In this document: in pieces, positions 16,577-25,431 of the stretch
Layout: every line of letters begins with the position of its first letter
How positions within the stretch are numbered: position 1 is the first letter of the stretch
Source: a virus
Taxonomy: Duplodnaviria > Caudoviricetes
Virus record (IMG/VR): IMGVR_UViG_3300020045_004648
Location: 1 to 64,000 of that record
DNA length: 64,000 nucleotides
Strand: one strand, 5' to 3'
Notes under the pieces: generated by a model
The model's input: only the letters and a program-made list of their open reading frames with translations
What the model was told of the DNA's origin: nothing
Databases searched by the model: none
Position numbers and translations under genes: made by a program

Positions 16577-16825
16577 TCAAATAATCCTAGTCCGGTTGTT
16601 ATTAATATTTAAATAGACTTCATCCATTAAGGGGTGGCAAGGTACTTTAGTTTTGTCAGTAGTACACACTACTTTCCAAGAATTATTTGCTGTAATTTCT
16701 ACAACCTCTTTAAGAACATAATGGTAAATAGAGTCTTTAACTTTTCTATAACCTTCAATACAATCATCAGGAGAAAACTCCCAGATTGATAGTTGATCCC
16801 AGTATATTTCACCTAATTTCATCAC
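16577..16825 (-). CDS. hypothetical protein
   Basis: ATGA-coupled. Confidence 0.6.
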   Translation of the reverse strand: MMKLGEIYWDQLSIWEFSPDDCIEGYRKVKDSIYHYVLKEVVEITANNSWKVVCTTDKTKVPCHPLMDEVYLNINNNRTRII

Positions 16826-17061
16826 AACACCTCCGATTCAACATCTTCGTAGTTTTCAGTGTACTTTAAATTTCCAAGTCCTTCAACAAAACTTCTATCG
16901 AATCGTGCAATGTACTGTGCAGCGTACTCAAAGAGTTCTTCTTGTTGGTGAACATGGAACATATCAAAACTAAATTCCTCAAGATATTCATCTGTCAACA
17001 TCTCATCAGGAATCTCAACTTCAAGGCTCTTTGTGATGGTTACGATTACGGTCTTTTTCAT
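16822..17061 (-). CDS. acidic hypothetical protein
   Basis: AAGGAG SD. Confidence 0.7.
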   Translation of the reverse strand: MKKTVIVTITKSLEVEIPDEMLTDEYLEEFSFDMFHVHQQEELFEYAAQYIARFDRSFVEGLGNLKYTENYEDVESEVL

Positions 17062-17261
17062 TTCATCTCCTTCTCATTAAATGAACTTTCAATCTGGCTA
17101 ATCAGTTCTTGTCTCTCAACATGGAGTTTATCCCAGTACATGTGATGCCTCGACTCTTCCCAAGATGAAAGAGTGTTACTATTGTACCAATCCTCATACT
17201 CCCTATTAAGGAGGTTGTCATACAAATCATGGACTTTGTCAATTAATTCATCCTTAGTCAT
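17058..17261 (-). CDS. hypothetical protein
   Basis: AAGGAG SD, ATGA coupling. Confidence 0.65.
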   Translation of the reverse strand: MTKDELIDKVHDLYDNLLNREYEDWYNSNTLSSWEESRHHMYWDKLHVERQELISQIESSFNEKEMK

Positions 17262-17458
17262 TTCATCTCCTTTTTGTTAATTGAATCCTTTGCATTATAC
17301 ACCCGAATCTTACCTGTCTTCGTGATGTAGATTTCAATACAGTCTTTGGGTGTTGTCACACCAAGATAGCACCAACCTTTTTTATCATCAGAGGCTAGAC
17401 GCTCAATCTTGGCACAGTTCCAGTTAAAACCATATTGTGTTTGTTGTAACGTACTCAT
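17258..17458 (-). CDS. hypothetical protein
   Basis: AAGGAG SD, ATGA coupling. Confidence 0.65.
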   Translation of the reverse strand: MSTLQQTQYGFNWNCAKIERLASDDKKGWCYLGVTTPKDCIEIYITKTGKIRVYNAKDSINKKEMK

Positions 17459-17655
17459 GATTTCTCCTTTAAGTTAAGTTCATCTACATCATAGCACGTA
17501 ACAGCCTCACCAAAAGGTACAACTGCATAAACTCTTACAGAATTTGTCAAATAAGAGATGCCTTTGATCACTCCTTGTTCATCAGGGTTGAGTTTACTCT
17601 GGACTTTATCCCCGATCTTGAAGGGAAAGCCTGTCGGTGTGGGGGTGTCTTGCAT
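17455..17655 (-). CDS. small SH3-like protein
   Basis: Start MQDTPT at 17655; FKIGDKV motif. Confidence 0.6.
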   Translation of the reverse strand: MQDTPTPTGFPFKIGDKVQSKLNPDEQGVIKGISYLTNSVRVYAVVPFGEAVTCYDVDELNLKEKS

Positions 17656-17676
17656 TTTCTTTTCCTTTCTTCCACT

Positions 17677-17780
17677 TTGATTTAAACCCTCTATAAGCCT
17701 CTGTAACACCTTCAGGCTATATGCCCCTTAACTCTATGTCATTATGGGCTTACATGGCTTTCTGGTGTGTTTTAGAAGCC
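17677..17780. repeat. dispersed ~100-bp element, copy 4
   Basis: TTGATTTAAACCCTCTA; core GCTATATGCCCCTT at 17716-17729. Confidence 0.65.
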
Positions 17781-17981
17781 CTTCTGAAGTAGCGCCAGCA
17801 TCTTACGCAGAATCATGCCTTCATCTTTTGTAATTACACCCACATCAATCAACACTCTGGAAACTGTAATTTCATGCCAGAAAACTCTCTGCAAGACATG
17901 GTGTTCCTCTGCGCTCTCTATTGTAATCTTGAGTTCAATAGGTTGGAATGCTGGTTGACCTTGGGTTTTGGTTACTTTCAT
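17772..17981 (-). CDS. ~70-aa paralog family member 3
   Basis: MKVTKTQGQPAFQPIELKITI. Confidence 0.7.
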   Translation of the reverse strand: MKVTKTQGQPAFQPIELKITIESAEEHHVLQRVFWHEITVSRVLIDVGVITKDEGMILRKMLALLQKGF

Positions 17982-17994
17982 GACTTAGCCTTTC

Positions 17995-18339
17995 TTAAAG
18001 TGATTCCACAAGAGCATTCAACACCTTATCATTGGGGTATTGTTGCTGGATGTACAGGAGAAGGAGGGGTTTAATTATAAGTGAAGTTGCATTACTTGCC
18101 TTCTCTGAGGACTGTGATGTAGATTCTACTGGTACTAAGTGCTCTAGTTCAACAGCAATTCCACCATCTCCAGAGAGTAAAGTACCCTCTGGACCAGAGA
18201 TGTGTTCAAACCAAGGACAGGTACTTCCGTCATCACGAACGAATTTCATAATCCCATCAATTTTGTAGTATTCTGAGTATGTGTCAATAACACGATACAG
18301 TTCACCAATTTTAAATCCACGGTTAGTTGCGATAGTCAT
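17995..18339 (-). CDS. hypothetical protein
   Basis: AAGGAG SD. Confidence 0.7.
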   Translation of the reverse strand: MTIATNRGFKIGELYRVIDTYSEYYKIDGIMKFVRDDGSTCPWFEHISGPEGTLLSGDGGIAVELEHLVPVESTSQSSEKASNATSLIIKPLLLLYIQQQYPNDKVLNALVESL

Positions 18340-18389
18340 GAGGTTTCTCCTTAGTTAAGAAAAGATTGAAAGATTGAATGCGTAAAGAC

Positions 18390-18419
18390 ATTGTACCCGA
18401 AGTACACCGTCAAAAGCAA
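18390..18419 (-). promoter_or_regulatory. sigma70-like promoter
   Basis: TTGCTT-18-TACAAT. Confidence 0.5.
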
Positions 18420-18533
18420 CAAGTACATCTTACAGAAGACATTAATACCAGTGTTTACATGCCACTTAATAAAAAGAAATGCAACAAAGAGACAAGAGAA
18501 GGCGTAAAAAGTGATAGTCATGATAGGTTCCTT

Positions 18534-18818
18534 TCAGTCAAACAGGTGTTTAGTGATTGTATCAAGAATAATCAGCTTTACAAGGCTCTTACCAAATTCT
18601 GTTAAGATAATTTCTTCTGAGTCACCGCTATAAATCTTGTGAGTATACACAAGTTCTTTGCCTTGGTAGCAGAGAATGTCACCCCAGTCACCCTCTTCTC
18701 CATCTACATAAATAAACCCAGAATCATCTTTTGTAAAAGTGTCTTCTAATTCGTCCAGGGCGTCTTGAATTTTGTATTGCATGGGGTACATAAATTGATC
18801 CATGAATGAGCTAAGCAT
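18534..18818 (-). CDS. hypothetical protein
   Basis: AAGGA SD. Confidence 0.65.
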   Translation of the reverse strand: MLSSFMDQFMYPMQYKIQDALDELEDTFTKDDSGFIYVDGEEGDWGDILCYQGKELVYTHKIYSGDSEEIILTEFGKSLVKLIILDTITKHLFD

Positions 18819-19133
18819 GTTAATTTCCTTTCAAAGTTTAGATGTCTGCATCGTAGCACAAAGCAATCAGTCTTTGGACTTCTCTTTCAGCTTGCACTAG
18901 ATACGACCCTTCGTGGATTTTTACATCAGCGAAGTAGACGTAGTAAAAGCAGCGGTGTTTTACGAGGTGGTACATGTTTAGCTTACTTCGATTTCTTGTT
19001 CAACAAGTAGGTAGCCCTCAAAAGTACGTGATAGGTATTCGTTTACACCATCGTAAGAGAACGGTCCTGCAATGTACTCAACATTGTCTCGCCCACAGCT
19101 TCTCACGACATAGTACAGTTTCATCTTCATGGT

Positions 19134-19334
19134 TTACTCCTTAATTCCAAAGTGTTGTTTAATTTTCTCATGTGAAACATTGTCTTCAGTTGAGTTCAAC
19201 CGTGCCCTGTGTGCACACTCTTTGATGATCAGTTCTGCGAACCTCTCCTTGTTGAATCGGCGAAACTCTGCACGATCCTCAGTGAATTTTGTCTCGGTAC
19301 ACTGTGTAATCAACGCTTCAATTCGTTTGTTCAT
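19134..19334 (-). CDS. hypothetical phage protein
   Basis: AAGGAG SD; ERFAELII..C pattern. Confidence 0.7.
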   Translation of the reverse strand: MNKRIEALITQCTETKFTEDRAEFRRFNKERFAELIIKECAHRARLNSTEDNVSHEKIKQHFGIKE

Positions 19335-19345
19335 TTGATTTCTCC

Positions 19346-19582
19346 TTAAGCCAAAAATAAAACTGCTGCAATCCCTGCAACAACACCAATCACCAAAGCA
19401 ATGTTTGTGTTCCGTGGAACATTCTTACCGTAAGAACGCCCTTTATTGAGAAGTTGGTTAGCAGCAAGGAACACACAAAAGAACACTACAACACCTGCGA
19501 TCACAGGGAAGAATGAACCATCCATGATTGCGTTCCACATTACTGCTTCTACTGGATTACGATAGATGATGATTTCTTGCAT
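19346..19582 (-). CDS. two-TM membrane protein
   Basis: Start probably MQEIII after AGGAG; two hydrophobic segments. Confidence 0.65.
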   Translation of the reverse strand: MQEIIIYRNPVEAVMWNAIMDGSFFPVIAGVVVFFCVFLAANQLLNKGRSYGKNVPRNTNIALVIGVVAGIAAVLFLA

Positions 19583-19613
19583 TTGATTTCTCCTAAAGTT
19601 GTTTGCGTTAAAG

Positions 19614-19802
19614 TTACCGACTGATACCTGCATCATTACGAGTTGTTTCTAGCACAACACGTTGCAACATCAGATCGAATATGGGGTGTACATCGTACAA
19701 GTCTTCATTTCCTCCTGTATACTGCCACACAGTGACTTCAACATCACCACCGAGGGTTTCTTTCAGTGCGTTTAGATCAGATATCAATTCATCAATTGTC
19801 AT
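19614..19802 (-). CDS. hypothetical protein
   Basis: GGAG SD, first gene after a promoter. Confidence 0.7.
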   Translation of the reverse strand: MTIDELISDLNALKETLGGDVEVTVWQYTGGNEDLYDVHPIFDLMLQRVVLETTRNDAGISR

Positions 19803-19835
19803 GTTTGTTCTCCAGTTGGTTAAGTTGATGTAGGT

Positions 19836-19863
19836 AGTGTAGTTGATTTTTCTAGCATGTCAA
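19836..19863 (-). promoter_or_regulatory. sigma70 promoter
   Basis: TTGACA-16-TACACT. Confidence 0.6.
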
Positions 19864-19915
19864 CACTTATTTCACTCTTTTGTTAATATTTATGCTTGTA
19901 GCGATTTCACAACAG

Positions 19916-21160
19916 TTACAGAACGATCTTCTTCTCAAACACACTCTTGTCTGAATCCCTCCATTTGATTGACATAGGCACAGGGCAATCAATCTTGAAC
20001 CTCTCTCTAAACTTATCTGCCATAGTCAAGACAAGAAGTTCAAGGTGTTCTTTTGCTACAACAAAGCTATCATGCACACAAAGGATAGGGATTTCCTTCA
20101 ACACAAAGACTTCAAGGATGTCTGCTGCTAGGTGACTGTCTAGATTTTGGAGGACTCTACCAAAGGGTTCCATAGCAAAAAACAACCCTTCAAAGTCAGG
20201 GTAACTCTGTAGGATCAAGGCCATAACGGATCGTGCATTGCCTAGTGTGTAGATGGTCTTATCTTCTTCTGATAGTGTATTAATCTCACTCTGTATAGCT
20301 CGTTTAGCCGTATCACTCCGGTCACAATTGAACATGATGTTTACTGCGAGTTTCACAGTACGACGATCCACCTTGTTTGTGACATCTTCAAGGATGTCTG
20401 CGTACATATCTAGAGGGACTTCTTCCATAGGCACACCACATACCACAGCAGCAATACGGAAATGCAAGTTCTGAAAGTCTACCTCTACAACGGGCTTACC
20501 ATCAATAGTAATATCCAAACGCTGATCACCATCTTTGGAGTGCAACTGAAGAATATCAGCACGATAAAACCTCCCGCCCAGATCAAATGACTCATTGAAG
20601 ATTCGACTGTACACATTCGATAGTCTTTCACCATCTCTAGTTAGAACAGTGGCTTTCTCGTTCATTAAGTTAAGTTTGACAACCAGTGACTTCATCTTTT
20701 CAGTCTTATCATTGTGAGCATAACGCACAGGCTCCTTTTCTTTGTTCCTAAGAATAATGCTTTCTACAGCCTCAAGGTAGGCACGTTCAGTCTCCTCCAT
20801 CTCAATTTCAGACAGGATAGGGAATTCTTTCATAAATTTCTCCGTTGGTAGGATTGTACTAATAGTACGGTTTTCAGGAATGGGTGAGCCTCTGCCAACC
20901 AAGTTAGTAATGTAGCCCTGTTCTTCAAGAAAGTCAACAGCGTTCATGACTTGCCATACAGAAATGCCTCTCTTGGTTGTAGTGGAGTTCGATCCTTTGT
21001 TTCTAGAATACACAATAGCATTATTCTTTCGTATACCTGCTAAAAGATTAGTGATGACTACACCTAACACTACAGTGTCTTTGTACCTAAATTTTCTTAG
21101 TTTGTTTCTTACATGTTGTGGTATGGTTATGTCATAAGTGAGTAGTTTAGTGTTGAACAT
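19916..21160 (-). CDS. minimal superfamily-A polymerase-like protein (TV-Pol/T7-RNAP-like) with N-terminal wHTH
   Basis: Start MFNTKL with AGGAGG SD; motifs in order DLGGRFY, EVDFQNLH (A), RRTVK (B), LQNLDS, CVHDSF (C). Confidence 0.75.
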   Translation of the reverse strand: MFNTKLLTYDITIPQHVRNKLRKFRYKDTVVLGVVITNLLAGIRKNNAIVYSRNKGSNSTTTKRGISVWQVMNAVDFLEEQGYITNLVGRGSPIPENRTISTILPTEKFMKEFPILSEIEMEETERAYLEAVESIILRNKEKEPVRYAHNDKTEKMKSLVVKLNLMNEKATVLTRDGERLSNVYSRIFNESFDLGGRFYRADILQLHSKDGDQRLDITIDGKPVVEVDFQNLHFRIAAVVCGVPMEEVPLDMYADILEDVTNKVDRRTVKLAVNIMFNCDRSDTAKRAIQSEINTLSEEDKTIYTLGNARSVMALILQSYPDFEGLFFAMEPFGRVLQNLDSHLAADILEVFVLKEIPILCVHDSFVVAKEHLELLVLTMADKFRERFKIDCPVPMSIKWRDSDKSVFEKKIVL

Positions 21161-21349
21161 CGCAATCGCATTCCTCCTTGTTACGATAAAAACAAGAGTA
21201 TAACACAAGCAGACGGACATCCTCGTCCCTTCGGTGTACCCATATAAGGAAACAATCCCACAAGATCATGTGGAACTTTCAACGCTAGAGCTGAATTTTT
21301 AGACAAATAAATCTCTATAATTGTCGTAAACAAACAACACTCATTTCAC

Positions 21350-21379
21350 TTGACCTCCTTTCTTTAAAGGTGCTATGAT
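21350..21379 (+). promoter_or_regulatory. sigma70 promoter
   Basis: TTGACC-18-TATGAT, extended -10 TG. Confidence 0.6.
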
Positions 21380-21416
21380 AGCATAAATGAGACACGTCCT
21401 GCAAGTAAAATTTCTG

Positions 21417-21445
21417 TTGACGACCAGAAAAAGGTGTGTTACACT
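21417..21445 (+). promoter_or_regulatory. sigma70 promoter
   Basis: TTGACG-17-TACACT, extended -10 TG. Confidence 0.75.
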
Positions 21446-21473
21446 GCAAATATCAATGTACAAAGGAGAAGAA

Positions 21474-21695
21474 ATGACACCAACAGCAGAACAAGGAACT
21501 TACCTACCCCAAGCACATCGTTGGTCGTGGTGTGACTTCTGTGAAGCAGAGATAGTGATTTGCGGTACATGCGGAAACAACTGCTGTAATGGTGGTTATG
21601 GTGAAGTTATGGGACCAGAACCTGGAACTACGATGACTTGCCCTGATTGTCCATCTGCTTATCTGCTGCAATCAAATGGCTTGACACCATCCTAA
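21474..21695 (+). CDS. Cys-rich small protein
   Basis: Start MTPTAE, AAGGAG SD; CDFC, CGTC, CC, CPDC. Confidence 0.7.
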   Translation: MTPTAEQGTYLPQAHRWSWCDFCEAEIVICGTCGNNCCNGGYGEVMGPEPGTTMTCPDCPSAYLLQSNGLTPS

Positions 21696-21745
21696 GATTC
21701 GTGCATAATTTAAGCATATCAACAAACCAACTGAGAGGAACCTTC

Positions 21746-21946
21746 ATGAAAGTCTATACAATCCAAATCAACTACAAATCCGGCATCTCTATGACTGCTG
21801 AATTTACAAAGTTCAGCGTCAAGAATGGTACATGGGAATGGGAAGTCTATAGCCCAAGTACCTCCAATCCCGTGCTTCTCGGAGTGGACAACATTGAGTC
21901 TGTTTGGCAACTCTCTTTCCGTGAAGTACAGGAAGTATTAGAATGA
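21746..21946 (+). CDS. hypothetical protein
   Basis: Start MKVYTI, GAGG SD. Confidence 0.65.
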   Translation: MKVYTIQINYKSGISMTAEFTKFSVKNGTWEWEVYSPSTSNPVLLGVDNIESVWQLSFREVQEVLE

Positions 21947-22248
21947 ACCTACATAGCGGACACAACAAAGTTGTATCCTTGCAACAAGCCCTAGACGCAT
22001 CACGTTCTCTTGCAAAGCACAATCCCTTTGTTAGAATGACAGGGGATGAGCAAAAGATAGCTAACCAAGCTAGTGCTGTACTGAAGAAGGCCGCTAACAA
22101 GGCAGCAACACCGCCGGATGGCCTTCGGCCAGCAGAGCTGTCCTCACCGTTGGTGCCGCTTTGCACAGAAGAGTTACAGGATTTAATGAGAGGGATACCA
22201 AAGTGGCAGACTGAATGGAATAATGAAAAATACAAATCTTTGTTTTAA
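21943..22248 (+). CDS. hypothetical protein
   Basis: ATGA-coupled. Confidence 0.6.
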   Translation: MNLHSGHNKVVSLQQALDASRSLAKHNPFVRMTGDEQKIANQASAVLKKAANKAATPPDGLRPAELSSPLVPLCTEELQDLMRGIPKWQTEWNNEKYKSLF

Positions 22249-22293
22249 TTTAAGTGAGTAGCTTTGCTACGAACGATACAGAAGGAGTAAATT

Positions 22294-22492
22294 ATGGATA
22301 TCTATGCACTTAAAGGAACGAAAGTAAAATTCCTAAATGACAACGGTTATGACCATGACAGAAAATTTGCACTTGAAAAAGGGTTGGAGCAAGGACAAAA
22401 TTACGAAGTGCAATTGTTCATATGTATTCCTTGCGGGATTCAATGTAGGGTTCAATACCGTAATGTTTTCACAAGAAGGTTATGACGATTAA
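22294..22492 (+). pseudogene. possibly frameshifted small gene
   Basis: Protein-like C-terminus SYVFLAGFNVGFNTVMF lies in the +1 frame. Confidence 0.3.
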
Positions 22493-22519
22493 TACAAAAC
22501 TAAAGTTAAGGAGTAAATT

Positions 22520-22762
22520 ATGCCGAAAGTCATAGGTTATGAAACCAGTATGGATAAACATTACACTTGCAAGAGTTGTACTGCAATTAATGAGTTCACT
22601 CCAAATGATCTTCGAGATATCAATACGAACTATGACTATCTTGGAGACTATGATATCTACAAAGGTTTTAACTGTGCAGGTTGTGGTAAAGAGATTTTTA
22701 CAGAAAGGGTAAATTATGCAAATACTAAAACCAGAATACTTCCACAACAAGACTTCGTATGA
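22520..22762 (+). CDS. Zn-ribbon protein
   Basis: CKSC...CAGC; AAGGAG SD. Confidence 0.7.
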   Translation: MPKVIGYETSMDKHYTCKSCTAINEFTPNDLRDINTNYDYLGDYDIYKGFNCAGCGKEIFTERVNYANTKTRILPQQDFV

Positions 22763-23045
22763 AGCATTCCTATACGCTCTAATCCTTGTTGATAAAATCA
22801 AGCAAGCACAGAGTGAAGGTGCTATCATCTACGACACAGAAGGAATCTTGACAGGAGAGTGGGTTGTGAGGTATGATCCAGATGAGCCCTGGATTGGTGT
22901 TAAACATGATAATTGCTGGTTTGGATATGTTGGTGGGTGCTGGGATGTACGCTCCGGCAGGATGTACTGCACCAAGAAAGAAGTCAAAGAGGCTTTCAAG
23001 GGTATTTCTTGGGTTTACCCCAAGGATTTTCATAAACTGTTTTAA
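22716..23045 (+). CDS. hypothetical protein
   Basis: 109-aa ORF. Confidence 0.65.
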   Translation: MQILKPEYFHNKTSYEAFLYALILVDKIKQAQSEGAIIYDTEGILTGEWVVRYDPDEPWIGVKHDNCWFGYVGGCWDVRSGRMYCTKKEVKEAFKGISWVYPKDFHKLF

Positions 23046-23053
23046 GGAATCAC

Positions 23054-23284
23054 ATGAGTTATATTATTGTCAAACATGCAGCAGATGGTGCTTGGGAGTC
23101 ACACTTTGAAGACGACCCTAAAATTGGGTGTCACGTAAGTTATAGTGCACATAGCACTTACGCAGGTAAACAATGTGGCCTTCGTCGTTCTTACGCAACA
23201 CTGGAATTTGCTACATGGGATTTAATGAGGATACTTGACAGAAACCCTTGCGGAAACTATGATATCTGTCCTGTGATTTCTTAA
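23054..23284 (+). CDS. hypothetical protein
   Basis: AAGGA SD. Confidence 0.65.
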   Translation: MSYIIVKHAADGAWESHFEDDPKIGCHVSYSAHSTYAGKQCGLRRSYATLEFATWDLMRILDRNPCGNYDICPVIS

Positions 23285-23304
23285 ACTGTTTTAAGGAGAA
23301 TAAA

Positions 23305-23748
23305 ATGCACAAGAGTAAAGAAGATACAAACCCAGAGCAAGACGAGTTTCAGGTTGGTGATGTTGTGTGGGATGTTGCTATTGGAGAGGGTAAGGTCATC
23401 AACATCTATGAAAATGACTACTACCCGATACATGTGGAGTTTGTTGAGGGTAACTATGAAACTTATAGAAAAGGTGGAAATATTGATGACGGTAGACCTC
23501 GTACACTATTCTTCTCAGAACCAAAGATTGAAGCTGCAGTAACTCGACCTTTTGTTCCTACGTTAGTCGGGAAGAGGGTTGTTGTGGTTCCAAAATATGA
23601 CACAAACCTACGTTGGCTTCATACGGTATATGAAGAATATGCAGATAGAATCTACATAAATGAAAGCTGTTCAGAGGGAAGCTATTACAGGAAAGAAGAC
23701 CTCTACGCAATTTATGAAGTACAACCAGAAAACCTTTTGAAGAAGTAA
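23305..23748 (+). CDS. hypothetical protein, SH3-like N-terminus
   Basis: FQVGDVVWD motif; AAGGAG SD. Confidence 0.7.
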   Translation: MHKSKEDTNPEQDEFQVGDVVWDVAIGEGKVINIYENDYYPIHVEFVEGNYETYRKGGNIDDGRPRTLFFSEPKIEAAVTRPFVPTLVGKRVVVVPKYDTNLRWLHTVYEEYADRIYINESCSEGSYYRKEDLYAIYEVQPENLLKK

Positions 23749-23776
23749 AAACATTAGCCCAAAGTAAAGGATTAAG

Positions 23777-24208
23777 ATGACTAAGACAGAAGATATTTTC
23801 AAGACAAACGGTTGTCCATTTAATAACCGTTCACAAGGTATAGACACTCGCATTGTGTTTGTCTGTTCGGCTGGGATGTTACGTTCGCCAACAGCAGCAC
23901 GTATTGCAGCAGAATACGGGGTCAATGCCCGTAGTGCAGGCAGTCATTTGCATTATGCGTTGATTCCTCTATCAGCAAACCTCATTAAATGGGCGCATTG
24001 GGTTGTATTCCTGAATCCTGAGAATGCATTAGAAGTTAAATCAAATATTTCTGACGTTGATTTATGGGATGAGTTGCAGAGTAAAAGCATTGTGTGGGAT
24101 ATTGAAGACTGGTACAATTATATGGATGACGGGTTAGTGCGTAATCTTCGTGCTAACATTGAAAATACTTTTGATGTAGCACTCAGTACAACATCTAGAT
24201 CAGCATAA
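23777..24208 (+). CDS. low-molecular-weight protein-tyrosine-phosphatase-like protein
   Basis: P-loop VFVCSAGMLRSPTA (CX5R); distal IEDWYNYMD acid loop. Confidence 0.85.
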   Translation: MTKTEDIFKTNGCPFNNRSQGIDTRIVFVCSAGMLRSPTAARIAAEYGVNARSAGSHLHYALIPLSANLIKWAHWVVFLNPENALEVKSNISDVDLWDELQSKSIVWDIEDWYNYMDDGLVRNLRANIENTFDVALSTTSRSA

Positions 24209-24237
24209 AACTTCATCACTAAATTAAGGAGAACACT

Positions 24238-24603
24238 ATGAACACTACGCAAAAACCATTTCAACCCATCCGTAATTTCTTTAAATCATTCTTCCAGCCA
24301 ATCTGGAATGATGAACAAGAATATTGGTACACGTATACAGATCGTTCAAGATTTGGTTACTATCCTAATGATTCGGCTTATTTGAGCCAACGTGAACTTC
24401 AATTACTTCAAAGTGTTCTAGCAAGGAATATCCGAGTAGTTGATCAAGTACGAAAAGAGATCAAAGAAGAAGCACTCATGTATGAAGTTGGTGATATCGG
24501 GCGTAGCCATCTTTTCAAAGAGCACCGAGAAGTTAAGGCTTACTTGAAGAAATTAGCAGAATTGCAACATCGGTTGAAGCATAAGATTGCGGCTATTGGT
24601 TAG
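24238..24603 (+). CDS. hypothetical protein
   Basis: AAGGAG SD. Confidence 0.7.
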   Translation: MNTTQKPFQPIRNFFKSFFQPIWNDEQEYWYTYTDRSRFGYYPNDSAYLSQRELQLLQSVLARNIRVVDQVRKEIKEEALMYEVGDIGRSHLFKEHREVKAYLKKLAELQHRLKHKIAAIG

Positions 24604-24675
24604 AGGATCAGCAAGGCACTTTATAACCCCTACAAGCCTTGTTTAGGTACAAGGTAAGGGGTGTGTAGCTTAGAT
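24604..24675 (-). repeat. dispersed element, copy 5 (reverse orientation, partial)
   Basis: Reverse-complement core GCTACACACCCCTT at 24656-24669. Confidence 0.45.
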
Positions 24676-24703
24676 AGTAAATAATTAAATAGAAAGGGTT
24701 TAA

Positions 24704-25261
24704 ATGAAAGTACATATTGGAGATTACGTGCCGTGGTACGGTCCCTACCAAATTGCAAAATTGATTCTGTTTTGGAAAGATGAAGAGAAAGATGAAAGCG
24801 TGCATCAATTTGGTAAGTGGTTAGCAACTGATAAGAATGGTAACGAATCAGTGTTTGCTGAAGTATGTGAATGGTTGCATTCCAAAAAGAAGCGCAAGAT
24901 CAAAGTTAGGATTGATGATTATGATTTATTTTCTATGGATAGCACTTTGTGCTATATCATTCATCCAATGCTGATCAAACTCAAAGAAGCCAAAGCTGGA
25001 ACACCAGCAGTAGACAAAGCAGATGTTCCTGAAGAACTACATAGCACTTATGGAACACTAGGAGATTTTACAGATACCTTCAGTGAAGAGGCTTGGTCGT
25101 GGGTACTAGATGAAATGACCTGGAGTTTTGATCCTGATTGGGAAGAAAAGTACGGGTTTGGTGCATCTGGTCATGACTTTGATAAGTACCAAGAGAATAA
25201 CAAAAGGATGGAAAATGGGCATAGACTTTTTGGGTGTTACCTGTCTTCGATGTGGACATAG
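24704..25261 (+). CDS. conserved-type phage hypothetical protein
   Basis: 185-aa ORF with AAGGG SD. Confidence 0.8.
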   Translation: MKVHIGDYVPWYGPYQIAKLILFWKDEEKDESVHQFGKWLATDKNGNESVFAEVCEWLHSKKKRKIKVRIDDYDLFSMDSTLCYIIHPMLIKLKEAKAGTPAVDKADVPEELHSTYGTLGDFTDTFSEEAWSWVLDEMTWSFDPDWEEKYGFGASGHDFDKYQENNKRMENGHRLFGCYLSSMWT

Positions 25262-25272
25262 GAGGATTTATT

Positions 25273-25431
25273 ATGGAATTCTATAGTGTTTACAAACTCT
25301 GTGAGGGTGGCGGTGGAGTTGGGTATGTGTACTTCTTGGACTTTGATAAGGCTCGTGAATGCCAAAAAGAGTGGCAAGAGTCAGAACCTTACAGCACTGT
25401 GTTGCTGGATTATGAATGCACGGAGGATTAA
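25273..25431 (+). CDS. hypothetical protein
   Basis: Start MEFYSV after GGAGG. Confidence 0.6.
   Translation: MEFYSVYKLCEGGGGVGYVYFLDFDKARECQKEWQESEPYSTVLLDYECTED

Noticed and set aside
19916-21220. A complete T7/N4-type RNA polymerase driving its own promoter class
   Set aside because: Too short, lacks the motif B YG and the specificity loop, and no second subunit or T7-like 23-bp promoter repeats were found. Kept only as a minimal A-family polymerase.
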